From the NCBI GenBank assembly GCA_022827095.1, contig JAJDTP010000005.1, positions 647,919 to 711,918 of the forward strand: a stretch of 64,000 bases of DNA. The letters run 5' to 3'. Source of the stretch: Dehalococcoidia bacterium (GTDB lineage: Bacteria > Chloroflexota > Dehalococcoidia > Lucifugimonadales > UBA3495). The translations under genes were made by a program, and so were the position numbers. The notes under the pieces were generated by a model that searched no databases, was not told the origin of the DNA, and was given only the letters and a program-made list of their open reading frames with translations. Of the stretch, positions 1 through 9,019 are shown in pieces. Within the stretch, counting starts at the first letter, position 1. Every line of letters begins with the position of its first letter.

Positions 1-2
1 CC

Positions 3-161
3 GCCGACAACCCCTTGTTCGACCTGGATAACGTGATCATCACGCCGCACATGGCCGGCCAGAGCCAGGAGACCGCGCTCCGGGCTGCCCACTTCGCCTA
101 CGGCAACATCCTCCGGGTGCTGAACGGTGGGGAAGCGGAGTCGCTGGTGACGCCGGAATAG
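3..161 (+). CDS. C-terminal fragment of a D-isomer-specific 2-hydroxyacid dehydrogenase family protein (gene begins upstream of the window)
   Basis: Frame 3 reads ADNPLFDLDNVIITPHMAGQSQETALRAAHFAYGNILRVLNGGE... The 'ITPHxxG' catalytic-His segment and tail are typical of this NAD-dependent family. Stop TAG at 159-161. Confidence 0.6.
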   Translation, partial: ADNPLFDLDNVIITPHMAGQSQETALRAAHFAYGNILRVLNGGEAESLVTPE

Positions 162-332
162 GCTGACCGTCCAAGTTTGTCAGTCCGGTCCATTGCCACG
201 GGTGCCCCGGCCGTCATTGCGAGCGCAGCGTGGCAAACTCATCGGGGCAGTGAGCGTCTGCACGGGAACGAGATCGCCACGTCGCTACGCTTCCTCGCGA
301 TGACAGAGTAAGGTGGAAAAAGGAGTATCTCC

Positions 333-1115
333 ATGATCTGGTGCCGCTTTGAACTCGAAGGCAAGACCGGCTTTGGCATCGTCGAGGACGGGCGCGTGAC
401 CGAGGTGTGGGGCGACCCGCTCGATGATTACGCGGTCACCAACCATTCCTACCCTCTGGACCAGGTGAAACTTCTGGCGCCCATCAAGCCGGGGATGCTG
501 TACGCCGCCGGGCCGAATTACCGGGGACACGTGGAGGGCATGGCGGCGCGCCGGGGTGCGCCACCTTCGTATCCCGACCGCCCGTCGCCCAACTACCGCT
601 CGGTCCATGCCATCATTGGTACCGAGGAGAACATCGTTGTGCCCGCCGAGTGCTCCGGGGCCGTCCAGCCCGAGGGTCAGTTGGCGGTGGTCATCGGCAA
701 AAAGGCCCGCAACGTGCCGGTCGGCGAGGCGCTGGACCACGTTTTCGGCTACACCATCGGCAACGACATCAGCCAGCGCCCCTGGCAGCAGGCCGACCGT
801 ACCATGTTCCGGGGCAAGAACTGCGACACCTGGAAACCCATGGGGCCGTGGATCGTCACCGACCTTGACCCCAAGGGCTTTCGCATCATCGTGCGCCACA
901 ACGGAGAGGTGTGGGAGGACTTCTTCTCCGCCGACCAGATCTGGGACACCGCCACCTGGATCCACGAGCTGAGCAAGTACGCGACGCTCCACCCCGGCGA
1001 CGTCCTCTGGATGGGCACCGAAGGCGCTGACGGCGATATGTTCCCCGGCGACACCATCGAGGTGGAAATCAGCGGGATTGGCACGCTACGGAACTACGTG
1101 GTGGCGGAGAGGTAA
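333..1115 (+). CDS. Fumarylacetoacetate hydrolase (FAH/HpcE/YcgM) family protein
   Basis: 260-aa ORF with AGGAG 7 nt upstream of the ATG. The translation has FAH-family blocks (QLAVVIGKKARNV, GYTIGNDISQRPWQ, PGDVLWMGT). Confidence 0.85.
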   Translation: MIWCRFELEGKTGFGIVEDGRVTEVWGDPLDDYAVTNHSYPLDQVKLLAPIKPGMLYAAGPNYRGHVEGMAARRGAPPSYPDRPSPNYRSVHAIIGTEENIVVPAECSGAVQPEGQLAVVIGKKARNVPVGEALDHVFGYTIGNDISQRPWQQADRTMFRGKNCDTWKPMGPWIVTDLDPKGFRIIVRHNGEVWEDFFSADQIWDTATWIHELSKYATLHPGDVLWMGTEGADGDMFPGDTIEVEISGIGTLRNYVVAER

Positions 1116-1222
1116 AGGTGGGTGGCGCTCACGACCGCACTATGGAACACCATAATGCAGTTGATGGAGATTGTAGTCTCCGTTCTATAGAACAGTTGGT
1201 CACGGCCAATTCGGTGGCTCGT

Positions 1223-2002
1223 TCATTCTTCAGAATGCTGGACGTCTCCGCCTTGTGGATCGCAGTATCGGAACGGAGTTTGCGCACCCTTCGGCATAAG
1301 TTGTTGAGGAACGCGAGTGTGGACGTATCGCTCCCAAACTTCCGGTTCGGCCGGCTTCCCTTCGAAGCCGATACGGTTTTTGAGAACCGGATCGTCGTCC
1401 CATTCGAATATCCCCGGTTCCCATCGGAGCCATCGGTCAACGTGGTATGCGCCCAAGACTAAGCCGCCGTGTCTGGCCAGTACGAAGTTGTATTGGCTGG
1501 CGCGGTCAAAGCTCATTCGCCAAACACTCCGAACTGCGTCATACACCCCGCGCTCTTGGTAAGTTTTACCCACGGAGATTAATATCAACGGTCGGTCAAT
1601 CACCAATTCCCGGGTATTGTGTTCAATCAAAATTTCTTGGACGTGGCGTACTCCTCGGTCGTTGGACCCTTCACCAGTCATTTGATTTTCTAGGCCCGGG
1701 TAGGCATCTATCAACGCAGCCTCTACCTCTTTGGCTGTACTATCGTCCATGCCGTGCCGGTGAATGATGTGTTGCACCTCCATGCCCAGAGCGTGGATCT
1801 CGTGGATGCGTTGCAACTTTGGATGGGCTCCATCCGGGTCGAACTCGTTGTAGGCGAGGACCCCCTTCACATGGTCAAATACCCGGTCGTTACGGCCTCG
1901 TCCGACGTAGAAAGTTTCGCCGTTACGTGGGTCAACCAGTCTGTATACATAGCATTGGAGCACGGCGGCCGCGTCTCGTGGGAAGGTATCCAGCATCATC
2001 AT
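1223..2002 (-). CDS. GIY-YIG nuclease family protein with an uncharacterised C-terminal domain
   Basis: The N-terminus YVYRLVDPRNGETFYVGRGRNDRVFDH matches the GIY...YIG pattern followed by a conserved Arg. The gene lies in a visibly lower-GC stretch. Confidence 0.7.
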   Translation of the reverse strand: MMMLDTFPRDAAAVLQCYVYRLVDPRNGETFYVGRGRNDRVFDHVKGVLAYNEFDPDGAHPKLQRIHEIHALGMEVQHIIHRHGMDDSTAKEVEAALIDAYPGLENQMTGEGSNDRGVRHVQEILIEHNTRELVIDRPLILISVGKTYQERGVYDAVRSVWRMSFDRASQYNFVLARHGGLVLGAYHVDRWLRWEPGIFEWDDDPVLKNRIGFEGKPAEPEVWERYVHTRVPQQLMPKGAQTPFRYCDPQGGDVQHSEE

Positions 2003-2043
2003 CGGTCGACTCCTTCGGTTGCCCCCGTTTATCTCTTGCTTAG

Positions 2044-2826
2044 CTACGTTTCCTCACGGCGCAGTTCTGCTCTGATGCGGGAGAGTTCGGCTTCCGCGGC
2101 GTTGGCGCGGGTTTCGGCCAGGCTGCGTGCGGCCTGCTCAAGGCTGAGTGCGGCTTCGGCGACGACGCGGGCTTCCTGCTCCCGGTCGGCTCGGGCTTCG
2201 GCGGCAACGCGCTTGTCTATTGTCAGGCCCGTCGCCGGGTTCAGCACGTCAAACAACTCCTCTCCGTCCCAGTAAAACACCACGTCCAGCAATTCGCTGT
2301 GTCCCCGCACTGAACCGCCGTCGCCATACTGCAACGGGTACTCCTCGTACCGGCCCGCCATCAATCGCTCTCCCGCAATCGGCTTGCCATATAGCTCGCC
2401 GCCCGTGGGGTCAAACCGCCAGTACTCTTGTATCTCCAGCCGCTGGTACAGCTCCCGCTTCCAGCCCAAATCGTTCGCCGCCGTGCTCGGCGACGCCACT
2501 TCCATCACGAAGTCCGGCGCCTTTCCGATTTCCCAAATCCAGAAGTTCGGCAGGTTCGCCCTTATCCCCGCGCTATCCACTTCAAAGGCGATGAACAGGT
2601 CAGGCTCGACCCGCCGGTTCCCGTTGGTTATATCGTAGGAAACGAATATCCGGCCCGATATGAACACGTCCGGGCAGTCTTCGTAGCGCTCGTCAAGAAG
2701 ATGCGCGATGCGGCGTATGGGCAGATCTTGCTGCATACTGTCCTCAGCCGGCTCCGGCTCTTCGTAGAAGATGTCGGGCAGCGTGCGCACTTTCCAAGCG
2801 TTGGTGATGATTCGGGTGGCGGCCAT
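2044..2826 (-). CDS. Uma2 (DUF820) family putative endonuclease with a C-terminal Ala/Glu/Arg coiled-coil tail
   Basis: The blocks EPDLFIAFEV...PDFVMEVASPST...LYQRLEIQEYWRFDP follow the PD-(D/E)xK-like Uma2 pattern. Confidence 0.8.
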   Translation of the reverse strand: MAATRIITNAWKVRTLPDIFYEEPEPAEDSMQQDLPIRRIAHLLDERYEDCPDVFISGRIFVSYDITNGNRRVEPDLFIAFEVDSAGIRANLPNFWIWEIGKAPDFVMEVASPSTAANDLGWKRELYQRLEIQEYWRFDPTGGELYGKPIAGERLMAGRYEEYPLQYGDGGSVRGHSELLDVVFYWDGEELFDVLNPATGLTIDKRVAAEARADREQEARVVAEAALSLEQAARSLAETRANAAEAELSRIRAELRREET

Positions 2827-2958
2827 GGGAGAGCCTCCGGGGTGGGGCAGCAGGTTGGGACGACTCGATTATATGCCGCCTTTGCGGCCTCCTCAAACAA
2901 TCGCAGCAGCTAATGGCGGGATGGATGTGAAACGTCGACGGGACGCCGCTCTGATGCC

Positions 2959-5900
2959 TTACCCCGACACATACCCGTTCTTCAAATCCCACGTCGCCGC
3001 GTCCTTGTCCCGCTCGCCCGGCGACCCATATCCGCCACCGCCGGAGGACAGGCAGACGATGCGGTCGCCGGGGTTGACGACTACGCCCACTTCCTTGGAG
3101 CCCAGGACGCGCTCGTCTCCGTTGGACGTTATCTTGTAGTGGTGGGGCAGGCCGTCGTCGGCGCCGAAGAGGCCAAAGGGCGGAACGACGATGCCGTCGC
3201 CGGCAGTGTTGAGCAGGGCGGGGCCTTCGCCCTCGTACACCAGATCGCACACTGCCCCCAGGCCGCCGCGCCACTGCCCCTCGCCTCCGGAGTCGGGGCG
3301 TAGTTCGTGGCGCTGGACGAACAGCGGGAACCGTTCCTCTGTCACCTCGATGCTGGGCGACCGGATCCCGCCGGCCACGTTGATCTCGCCGACGTTGGAC
3401 CAGCCGTCGAAGCCCTCCGAGGCTCCGCCACCGCCCCGCGCCAGGAAGAAGTGCCAGATGAACTGACGGCCGGTCCTCGGGTCCTTGCCGGTGATGGCGT
3501 AGCGCAGACGCCGCGAGAAACCGGCGGACACCGCGCCGGGAATCGCTGGAGCCAGCGCCTTGAATACCGCTTCCACCACCTCTTCGGCGCAGTGGTTGGT
3601 GCTCATGCACACCGGCGCCGGTGGGTTCGCGTTCACGACCAGACCGCGCGGGGCGATGATCTGCACGGGACGCATGGAGCCCTCATTGCGGGCCACGTCC
3701 ATGGGCGCCAGGTACATGATGGCGGCGTGGGCCAGCGACCGCGTGTTGGCGTAGGCGCTGTTGATGAACCCCTCCACCTGCGGGCTGGACTCGCTCAGGT
3801 CGATGGTCAATGAGTCGCCCGCTATCGTGACCTGCGCCCGGATGGGGACCAGCTTGCTATCGAAACCGTCGTCGTCAACGAATGACTCGCCGTGGTAGAT
3901 GCCATCGGGCCAACTGGCGACGAACTGGCGTACCTGCCGCTCGGTGGCGTTCAGTATCTCGGCGACCACGGCCATCAGGCGGTCGGCGCCGTACTCCGAA
4001 AGCAGGTCTCCTATACGCCGGGCGGCCAGCATCACCGAGCCGATCTGCGCGTTCAGGTCGCCCAGGAAATTCTCCGGCTGCCTGACGTTGGCCGACATCA
4101 TCTGGAGCAGATCGTTTCGAGGTACTCCCCGATCGTAGAGCCGCAGCGGCGGTATTCGGAGACCCTCCTGGAAGATCTCGTTGGCTCCGGGGTTGTACCC
4201 GCCGTGAGTGCCGCCGCCCACGTCGCTGTGGTGGGCGCGGTTGACGCCATAAAACAGCAGCCGCCCTTGGTGGAACACGGGCCGGATGATGGTGATGTCC
4301 GGCAGGTGGCTGCCGCCGAAATAGGGGTCGTTCAGAATGAACAGGTCGCCGTCATGGATGTCGTCGCCGAAGTAGTCTCGAACGGCGGCCCCGGCCACCG
4401 GAAGCGCGCTGATGTGAACCGGAATGCCCTCGCCCTGGGCCACCAGCTGGCAGTCGCCATCGAGGATCGCGGTGGAAAAGTCCCGGCTGGAGTTGAGGAT
4501 CTGGGACATGGCCGTGCGCAGCATCGCCTCGGTCATCTCCTGGGCAATGGACTCCAGGCGGTGCTCGACCACCGCCAGGGTAATCGGGTCGGCGTCGGTG
4601 GAATCGGCAGCACCATCCGCTCCGAGTCTCTCGGCCTCCGGGTTGACGGTCAACTCGACGCCGCCCATCGCGTCCACCGCGGCGCGATCGCCGGGAGACA
4701 CGAGGATCGTCGTGAATTCCGATTCAATGATTGCGGGGCCGGGTATTTCCACTCCGGCCGGCAGTGTATCGGCCGCGTAGGTTGGAGTGTCGAGCCACTC
4801 GCCCATGTAGACGCGGCGGGAACCGACGGACGCCGCCTCATCCCCGTCCCCCGGCTGGTCCAGTTGGGCGATGCGCGGCAGCTTGCCGATGGCCGCGACC
4901 CGCAGGGTGACCAGCCGTACCTCCTGGTCTTGCTGGTTGTAGGAAAACAGGTCCTGGTAGCGTTGGTGGAAGTTATCGGTCAGCAGACCGACGAACTCCG
5001 TCACCGGCAGGCTAGGATCGGGCAGCGGCACGGTGACTTCGTAAATTTGGTCCAGGTATCGCATGTCGGCCGAGTACTGGATCTCCACTGCGTCGGGGGT
5101 CACGGCTTGCTCCAGGAGTTTCTCCTGCCCCTGCGTCCCCAATTCGTCCAGGATGGCTCGGAGTTCGTTCAGATCCAGCCGGTCCAGGCTCACCGGATAG
5201 GAGCGGAAGAAATCGTACTTGGTGTCAGTGTTCAGCATCCCGTAGGCGGACAGCACCGGAGCCGACGCCGGTATGTAAACCTTGGCCACCTGCAGCTGCC
5301 GAGCCACCTCCGCGGCATGGAGGCCCGACGCGCCGCCGAATCCCATCATGGTGAATTCACGGGGGTCAACCCCGCGCTGCACCGACATCAGCCTGATGCC
5401 CTCGGCGATCGTGGTGCACACCACCTTGTACACGCCAAAGGCGGCCTCCGCATCGGACAGATTGAGCGGAGAACCGACATGATCCGCGATGGCCCGCATG
5501 GCGGCCGCGGAATCGAGCTTGGCGCGCCCGCCGAGGAAATTGCTTGCATCCAGGTACCCGAGCGCCAAACTGGCATCGGTCACGGTAGGATCGACACCGC
5601 CTTTGGCGTAGCAGGACGGGCCCGGATCCGCGCCCGCGCTGTCGGGGCCGACGTGGAGGATGCCGCCGTCGTCCACCCGGGCGATACTGCCACCGCCGGC
5701 TCCCAGGGTATGGATATCGATCATCGGCGCGGCGATTTTCCAGCCGGCCTCGAACTTCTCGTTAGCAATGTGGGGAACCCCATTCTCGATTAGCGAGATG
5801 TCCGTGCTGGTGCCCCCCATGTCGAACGCTATGATCTTCGGCTCCTCCAGCAGTTGCCCCAGGTAGGCGGCGGCGCTGACGCCTCCGGCTGGGCCGGACA

Positions 5901-6687
5901 GAATCGCCCGTACTGCCATGCGGCTGGAGTCGTCGATTGGCGCCACCCCGCCGTTGGACTGCATGATCAGCACGTCGTTGAGTTGAGGGTACGATTCAAA
6001 CCGTTGCGCCAGGTTGGCGAGATATCGACTGAATACTGGTCCGACGTAGGAGTTGATCACCGTGGTGCTGAGCCGGTCGAACTCCTTGATCTGGGGAATC
6101 ACCTCGTGGGACAGGGAGGCGTACACATCGGGGAACTTACTGCGGACGATTTCGGCGGCCCGCCGTTCGTGGGCCGGGTTCAGGTACGAGAACAGGAAAC
6201 AGACCGCCAGCGCCTCGGCGCCTTCCTGGATCAGGTAGTCTAGCTGTTCCAATAGCGCGGCCTCGTCGAGAGGGACTTCGACGTGACCGCTCGCGCGTAT
6301 CCGTTCCGGAACACCAACCCGCAGATAGCGAGCGGACAGGGGTTCCACGGGAGTCATCCGCAAGTTGTACCGGTCTTCTTTGAGCCCTTCCCGCATCTCC
6401 AGGAGGTCGCGAAAGCCGTCGGTGGTGAGCAGGCCCACCGTGGCGCCTTTCCTTTCCACCAGAGTATTGGTGGCGACAGTCGAGCCATGGATCACCAGGT
6501 CCGTGTTGCCCAGGAATTGCTCCAACGGTAGATCGTATGCGGCCGCGGCCTCTTGCAATCCCGTCATAACTCCCAGCGATGGGTCGTCGGGCGTGGTTTG
6601 TGTCTTGAAGTAGCGCGGTTGCCCGGTCTCGCCCGAAACGACAAAGTCCGTAAAAGTGCCTCCGACGTCTATCCCGATCTTGTACAC
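2959..6687 (-). CDS. Fused hydantoinase/oxoprolinase (HyuA-like N-terminal half plus HyuB-like C-terminal half), 1242 aa
   Basis: The N-terminus MYKIGIDVGGTFTDFV is the classic hydantoinase_A start. The C-terminal half (DPITLAVVEHRLESIAQEM..., SRDFSTAILD...) is hydantoinase_B-like. It is one uninterrupted ORF. Confidence 0.9.
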   Translation of the reverse strand: MYKIGIDVGGTFTDFVVSGETGQPRYFKTQTTPDDPSLGVMTGLQEAAAAYDLPLEQFLGNTDLVIHGSTVATNTLVERKGATVGLLTTDGFRDLLEMREGLKEDRYNLRMTPVEPLSARYLRVGVPERIRASGHVEVPLDEAALLEQLDYLIQEGAEALAVCFLFSYLNPAHERRAAEIVRSKFPDVYASLSHEVIPQIKEFDRLSTTVINSYVGPVFSRYLANLAQRFESYPQLNDVLIMQSNGGVAPIDDSSRMAVRAILSGPAGGVSAAAYLGQLLEEPKIIAFDMGGTSTDISLIENGVPHIANEKFEAGWKIAAPMIDIHTLGAGGGSIARVDDGGILHVGPDSAGADPGPSCYAKGGVDPTVTDASLALGYLDASNFLGGRAKLDSAAAMRAIADHVGSPLNLSDAEAAFGVYKVVCTTIAEGIRLMSVQRGVDPREFTMMGFGGASGLHAAEVARQLQVAKVYIPASAPVLSAYGMLNTDTKYDFFRSYPVSLDRLDLNELRAILDELGTQGQEKLLEQAVTPDAVEIQYSADMRYLDQIYEVTVPLPDPSLPVTEFVGLLTDNFHQRYQDLFSYNQQDQEVRLVTLRVAAIGKLPRIAQLDQPGDGDEAASVGSRRVYMGEWLDTPTYAADTLPAGVEIPGPAIIESEFTTILVSPGDRAAVDAMGGVELTVNPEAERLGADGAADSTDADPITLAVVEHRLESIAQEMTEAMLRTAMSQILNSSRDFSTAILDGDCQLVAQGEGIPVHISALPVAGAAVRDYFGDDIHDGDLFILNDPYFGGSHLPDITIIRPVFHQGRLLFYGVNRAHHSDVGGGTHGGYNPGANEIFQEGLRIPPLRLYDRGVPRNDLLQMMSANVRQPENFLGDLNAQIGSVMLAARRIGDLLSEYGADRLMAVVAEILNATERQVRQFVASWPDGIYHGESFVDDDGFDSKLVPIRAQVTIAGDSLTIDLSESSPQVEGFINSAYANTRSLAHAAIMYLAPMDVARNEGSMRPVQIIAPRGLVVNANPPAPVCMSTNHCAEEVVEAVFKALAPAIPGAVSAGFSRRLRYAITGKDPRTGRQFIWHFFLARGGGGASEGFDGWSNVGEINVAGGIRSPSIEVTEERFPLFVQRHELRPDSGGEGQWRGGLGAVCDLVYEGEGPALLNTAGDGIVVPPFGLFGADDGLPHHYKITSNGDERVLGSKEVGVVVNPGDRIVCLSSGGGGYGSPGERDKDAATWDLKNGYVSG

Positions 6688-6901
6688 CTGCGGCCTCCTG
6701 ATAATGCTGGCAGCGATTGTGCCCGATCAGCAGCATGATACGCCATAGCGGTAGCGTTCCGTACCAGATGGTCCGGCTTTCGACCAGAAACGCGTTCTCC
6801 GCGACCGTCATGGTGCGGAAAATCGGGGTCCTGCGGCGTGCCATGGGCCCACACCGGGCCGACCAAAGGGTTTGCTATACTGGCGCGAAAGGAGGCGGAT
6901 C

Positions 6902-7807
6902 ATGGCGGATTACACTGCATATTTCAACGGCGAATGGGTGCCCTTCAGCCAGGTCAAGATCGACCCCATGGACCGGGGCTTCATTGTGGGCGACGTAATC
7001 TTCGACGTGGCCCGCACCTTCAACGGCAAGAGCTTCCGTATGGAGCAGCACATCGACCGGCTCTACCGCTCGCTCAAGTACGTCCGCATTGACCCCGGAC
7101 TGTCACCGCGAGAGATGTACGACATCAGCGAGGAGGCGATCGCCCGCAACGAACATTTTCGAGAAGAGGCGGGGGATTTCACCATCACTCAGTTCATTAC
7201 CCGTGGTCCGGGAAACTGGTCCCGCGACGCCGGGCCTCCCACAGTTTGCGTGAAGATTTCGGCGGCGGCCTTCGGACGCTACGCAAAGCTGTACCAAGAC
7301 GGGGCCCACGGCGTAATTACTCGTACCCGGAGTTATCCGGTCGATGCGCTCGACCCGAAGGTCAAACACTACAGCCGCATGAACTTCAACCTGGCCGACC
7401 TGGAAGCGGCGGACGTGGATCCTGAGGGCTGGCCCATCCTCACAGACTCCGAAGGAAACCTGACGGAAGGGACAGGCTACAACGTTTTCCTGGTCACTGA
7501 CGGAGTGATCCGCACGCCGGGGGACCGCAACATCCTCCAGGGAATCTCCAGGGGAATGGTGTTCGACCTGGCAGAGCAACTTGAAATTCCCCTGGTGGAG
7601 GAAGATCTCCAACCATATGACATGTACACCGCCGACGAAGCCTTCTTCTCCAGCACCACCCCATGCGTGTTGCCGGTAACCGTCGTGGATAAGAGGGATA
7701 TCGGAGACGGACGGCCGGGGCCGATAGTCCAGCAACTCCTGTCCGCATGGAGTGAGGTCGTCGGGTTGGACATCGTCGACCAAATGGCCCGGTTCGACCG
7801 AGGCTAG
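6902..7807 (+). CDS. Aminotransferase class IV (branched-chain / D-amino-acid aminotransferase family)
   Basis: AAGGAGG lies 6-7 nt upstream of the ATG at 6902. MADYTAYFNGEWVPFSQVKIDPMDRGFIVGDVIFD... is the typical class IV N-terminus. The track ORF starts earlier (6872) but has no RBS there. Confidence 0.85.
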   Translation: MADYTAYFNGEWVPFSQVKIDPMDRGFIVGDVIFDVARTFNGKSFRMEQHIDRLYRSLKYVRIDPGLSPREMYDISEEAIARNEHFREEAGDFTITQFITRGPGNWSRDAGPPTVCVKISAAAFGRYAKLYQDGAHGVITRTRSYPVDALDPKVKHYSRMNFNLADLEAADVDPEGWPILTDSEGNLTEGTGYNVFLVTDGVIRTPGDRNILQGISRGMVFDLAEQLEIPLVEEDLQPYDMYTADEAFFSSTTPCVLPVTVVDKRDIGDGRPGPIVQQLLSAWSEVVGLDIVDQMARFDRG

Positions 7808-7924
7808 GAGGGCGACCAAAGGCGTCAAACTTCTCGGCCGCCGCCCCGTTTGAATGGACCACGGTCCGGGCCGCTGTATTGACCGGATCAACGCGACCAA
7901 CACCCACGCACCGGAGTGAAACCA

Positions 7925-8950
7925 ATGAAATTCGGCATTATGGCCATGCCCCAGCATCCGTCAACGGACTCGGCGACCCAGAGATTCCATGAAACGGTGG
8001 AGTTGACGCGGTTGGCCCGGGACGCGGGGTTCGGTTCGATCGCGTGCGGGCAGCACTTCCTTTCCCCGCCGTACCAGAATCTCCAGAGCATCCCGCTGTT
8101 GGCCCGGTTAGCCGCAGACTCCGGTGACATGCAATTGGTGCTGTCCATCCTGCTGCTGCCCTTGTACTCGCCCGCTGACGTGGCGGAAACGGTGGCGACG
8201 CTGGACGTGATCAGTGAGGGCCGCGTGGTGCTGGGCGTGGGCCTGGGGTACCGCGACATCGAGTATCAGGCGTTCAATGTGGAACGGCGTCATCGTGTGG
8301 GCCGCTTCCTGGAGAGCCTGGAACTCGTGCGCAGACTTTGGACCGAGGACGAGGTCACTTTCCACGGCGAACACTTCAATCTGGACAACGCGACCTGTGC
8401 CATCCGGCCGGTGCAACAACCGCATCCGCCGATTTGGGTTGCGGCCAATTTCGACACGGTGGTCCGCCGAGCTGGCGAACTCGGATTGCCCTGGTTCGTC
8501 AACCCGCACGCCACGCTGGCCACGCTGGAAAGGCAGACGGCCATATACAAGGAGGGCCTGGAGGCGGGTGGCCAGCAGATGCCGGCTGAAATGCCCATCA
8601 TCAAAGAGATGCACATCGCGCCGACCCACGAAGAAGCGGTCCGCAACGCCCAGCCCTACATGGAAGCCAAATATCAAGCCTACGCCGACTGGGGACAGGA
8701 CAAGGCGCTGCCGGGCGAGGAGAACTTCCGCATCCCCTTTGAGGAATTGGCGCGCGACCGGTTCATCCTCGGAAGCGGCGAAGAAGTGATCCAACAGATC
8801 GAAGACCATCACCAGCGCGTGGGCGCCAATCACTTCATGTTTCGGATCTGGTATCCGGGCATGGATGCCCGGATGGCGATGCGCGTCGTGGAGCAGATGG
8901 GCGACAGCGTGATTCCGTATTTCGAAAGCCGATACGGAGTTGAGAACTGA
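7925..8950 (+). CDS. LLM-class flavin/F420-dependent oxidoreductase (luciferase-like monooxygenase family)
   Basis: MKFGIMAMPQHP..., a TIM-barrel LLM pattern. GGAG lies 8 nt upstream of the ATG at 7925. A GTG at 7916 is an alternative start. Confidence 0.8.
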   Translation: MKFGIMAMPQHPSTDSATQRFHETVELTRLARDAGFGSIACGQHFLSPPYQNLQSIPLLARLAADSGDMQLVLSILLLPLYSPADVAETVATLDVISEGRVVLGVGLGYRDIEYQAFNVERRHRVGRFLESLELVRRLWTEDEVTFHGEHFNLDNATCAIRPVQQPHPPIWVAANFDTVVRRAGELGLPWFVNPHATLATLERQTAIYKEGLEAGGQQMPAEMPIIKEMHIAPTHEEAVRNAQPYMEAKYQAYADWGQDKALPGEENFRIPFEELARDRFILGSGEEVIQQIEDHHQRVGANHFMFRIWYPGMDARMAMRVVEQMGDSVIPYFESRYGVEN

Positions 8951-9019
8951 GTCTGCGGTTGACTGTGCCAACCGGCCGTCCATATACTGCTACGGGCCCA
9001 CACTCGGCGAAAAGGCGAC

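Noticed and set aside
3892-5793. 633-aa + strand ORF inside the hydantoinase gene, plus similar long antisense ORFs at 10039-10941, 12100-13194, 13941-14948, 20108-21406, 21428-22852, 30129-31415, 35741-36754, 37744-38721, 42569-43999, 53284-54495 and 57106-58239
   Set aside because: All are antisense or out of frame relative to genes with clear homology-type motifs. Their low-complexity Arg/Gly/His/Val-rich translations are high-GC artefacts.
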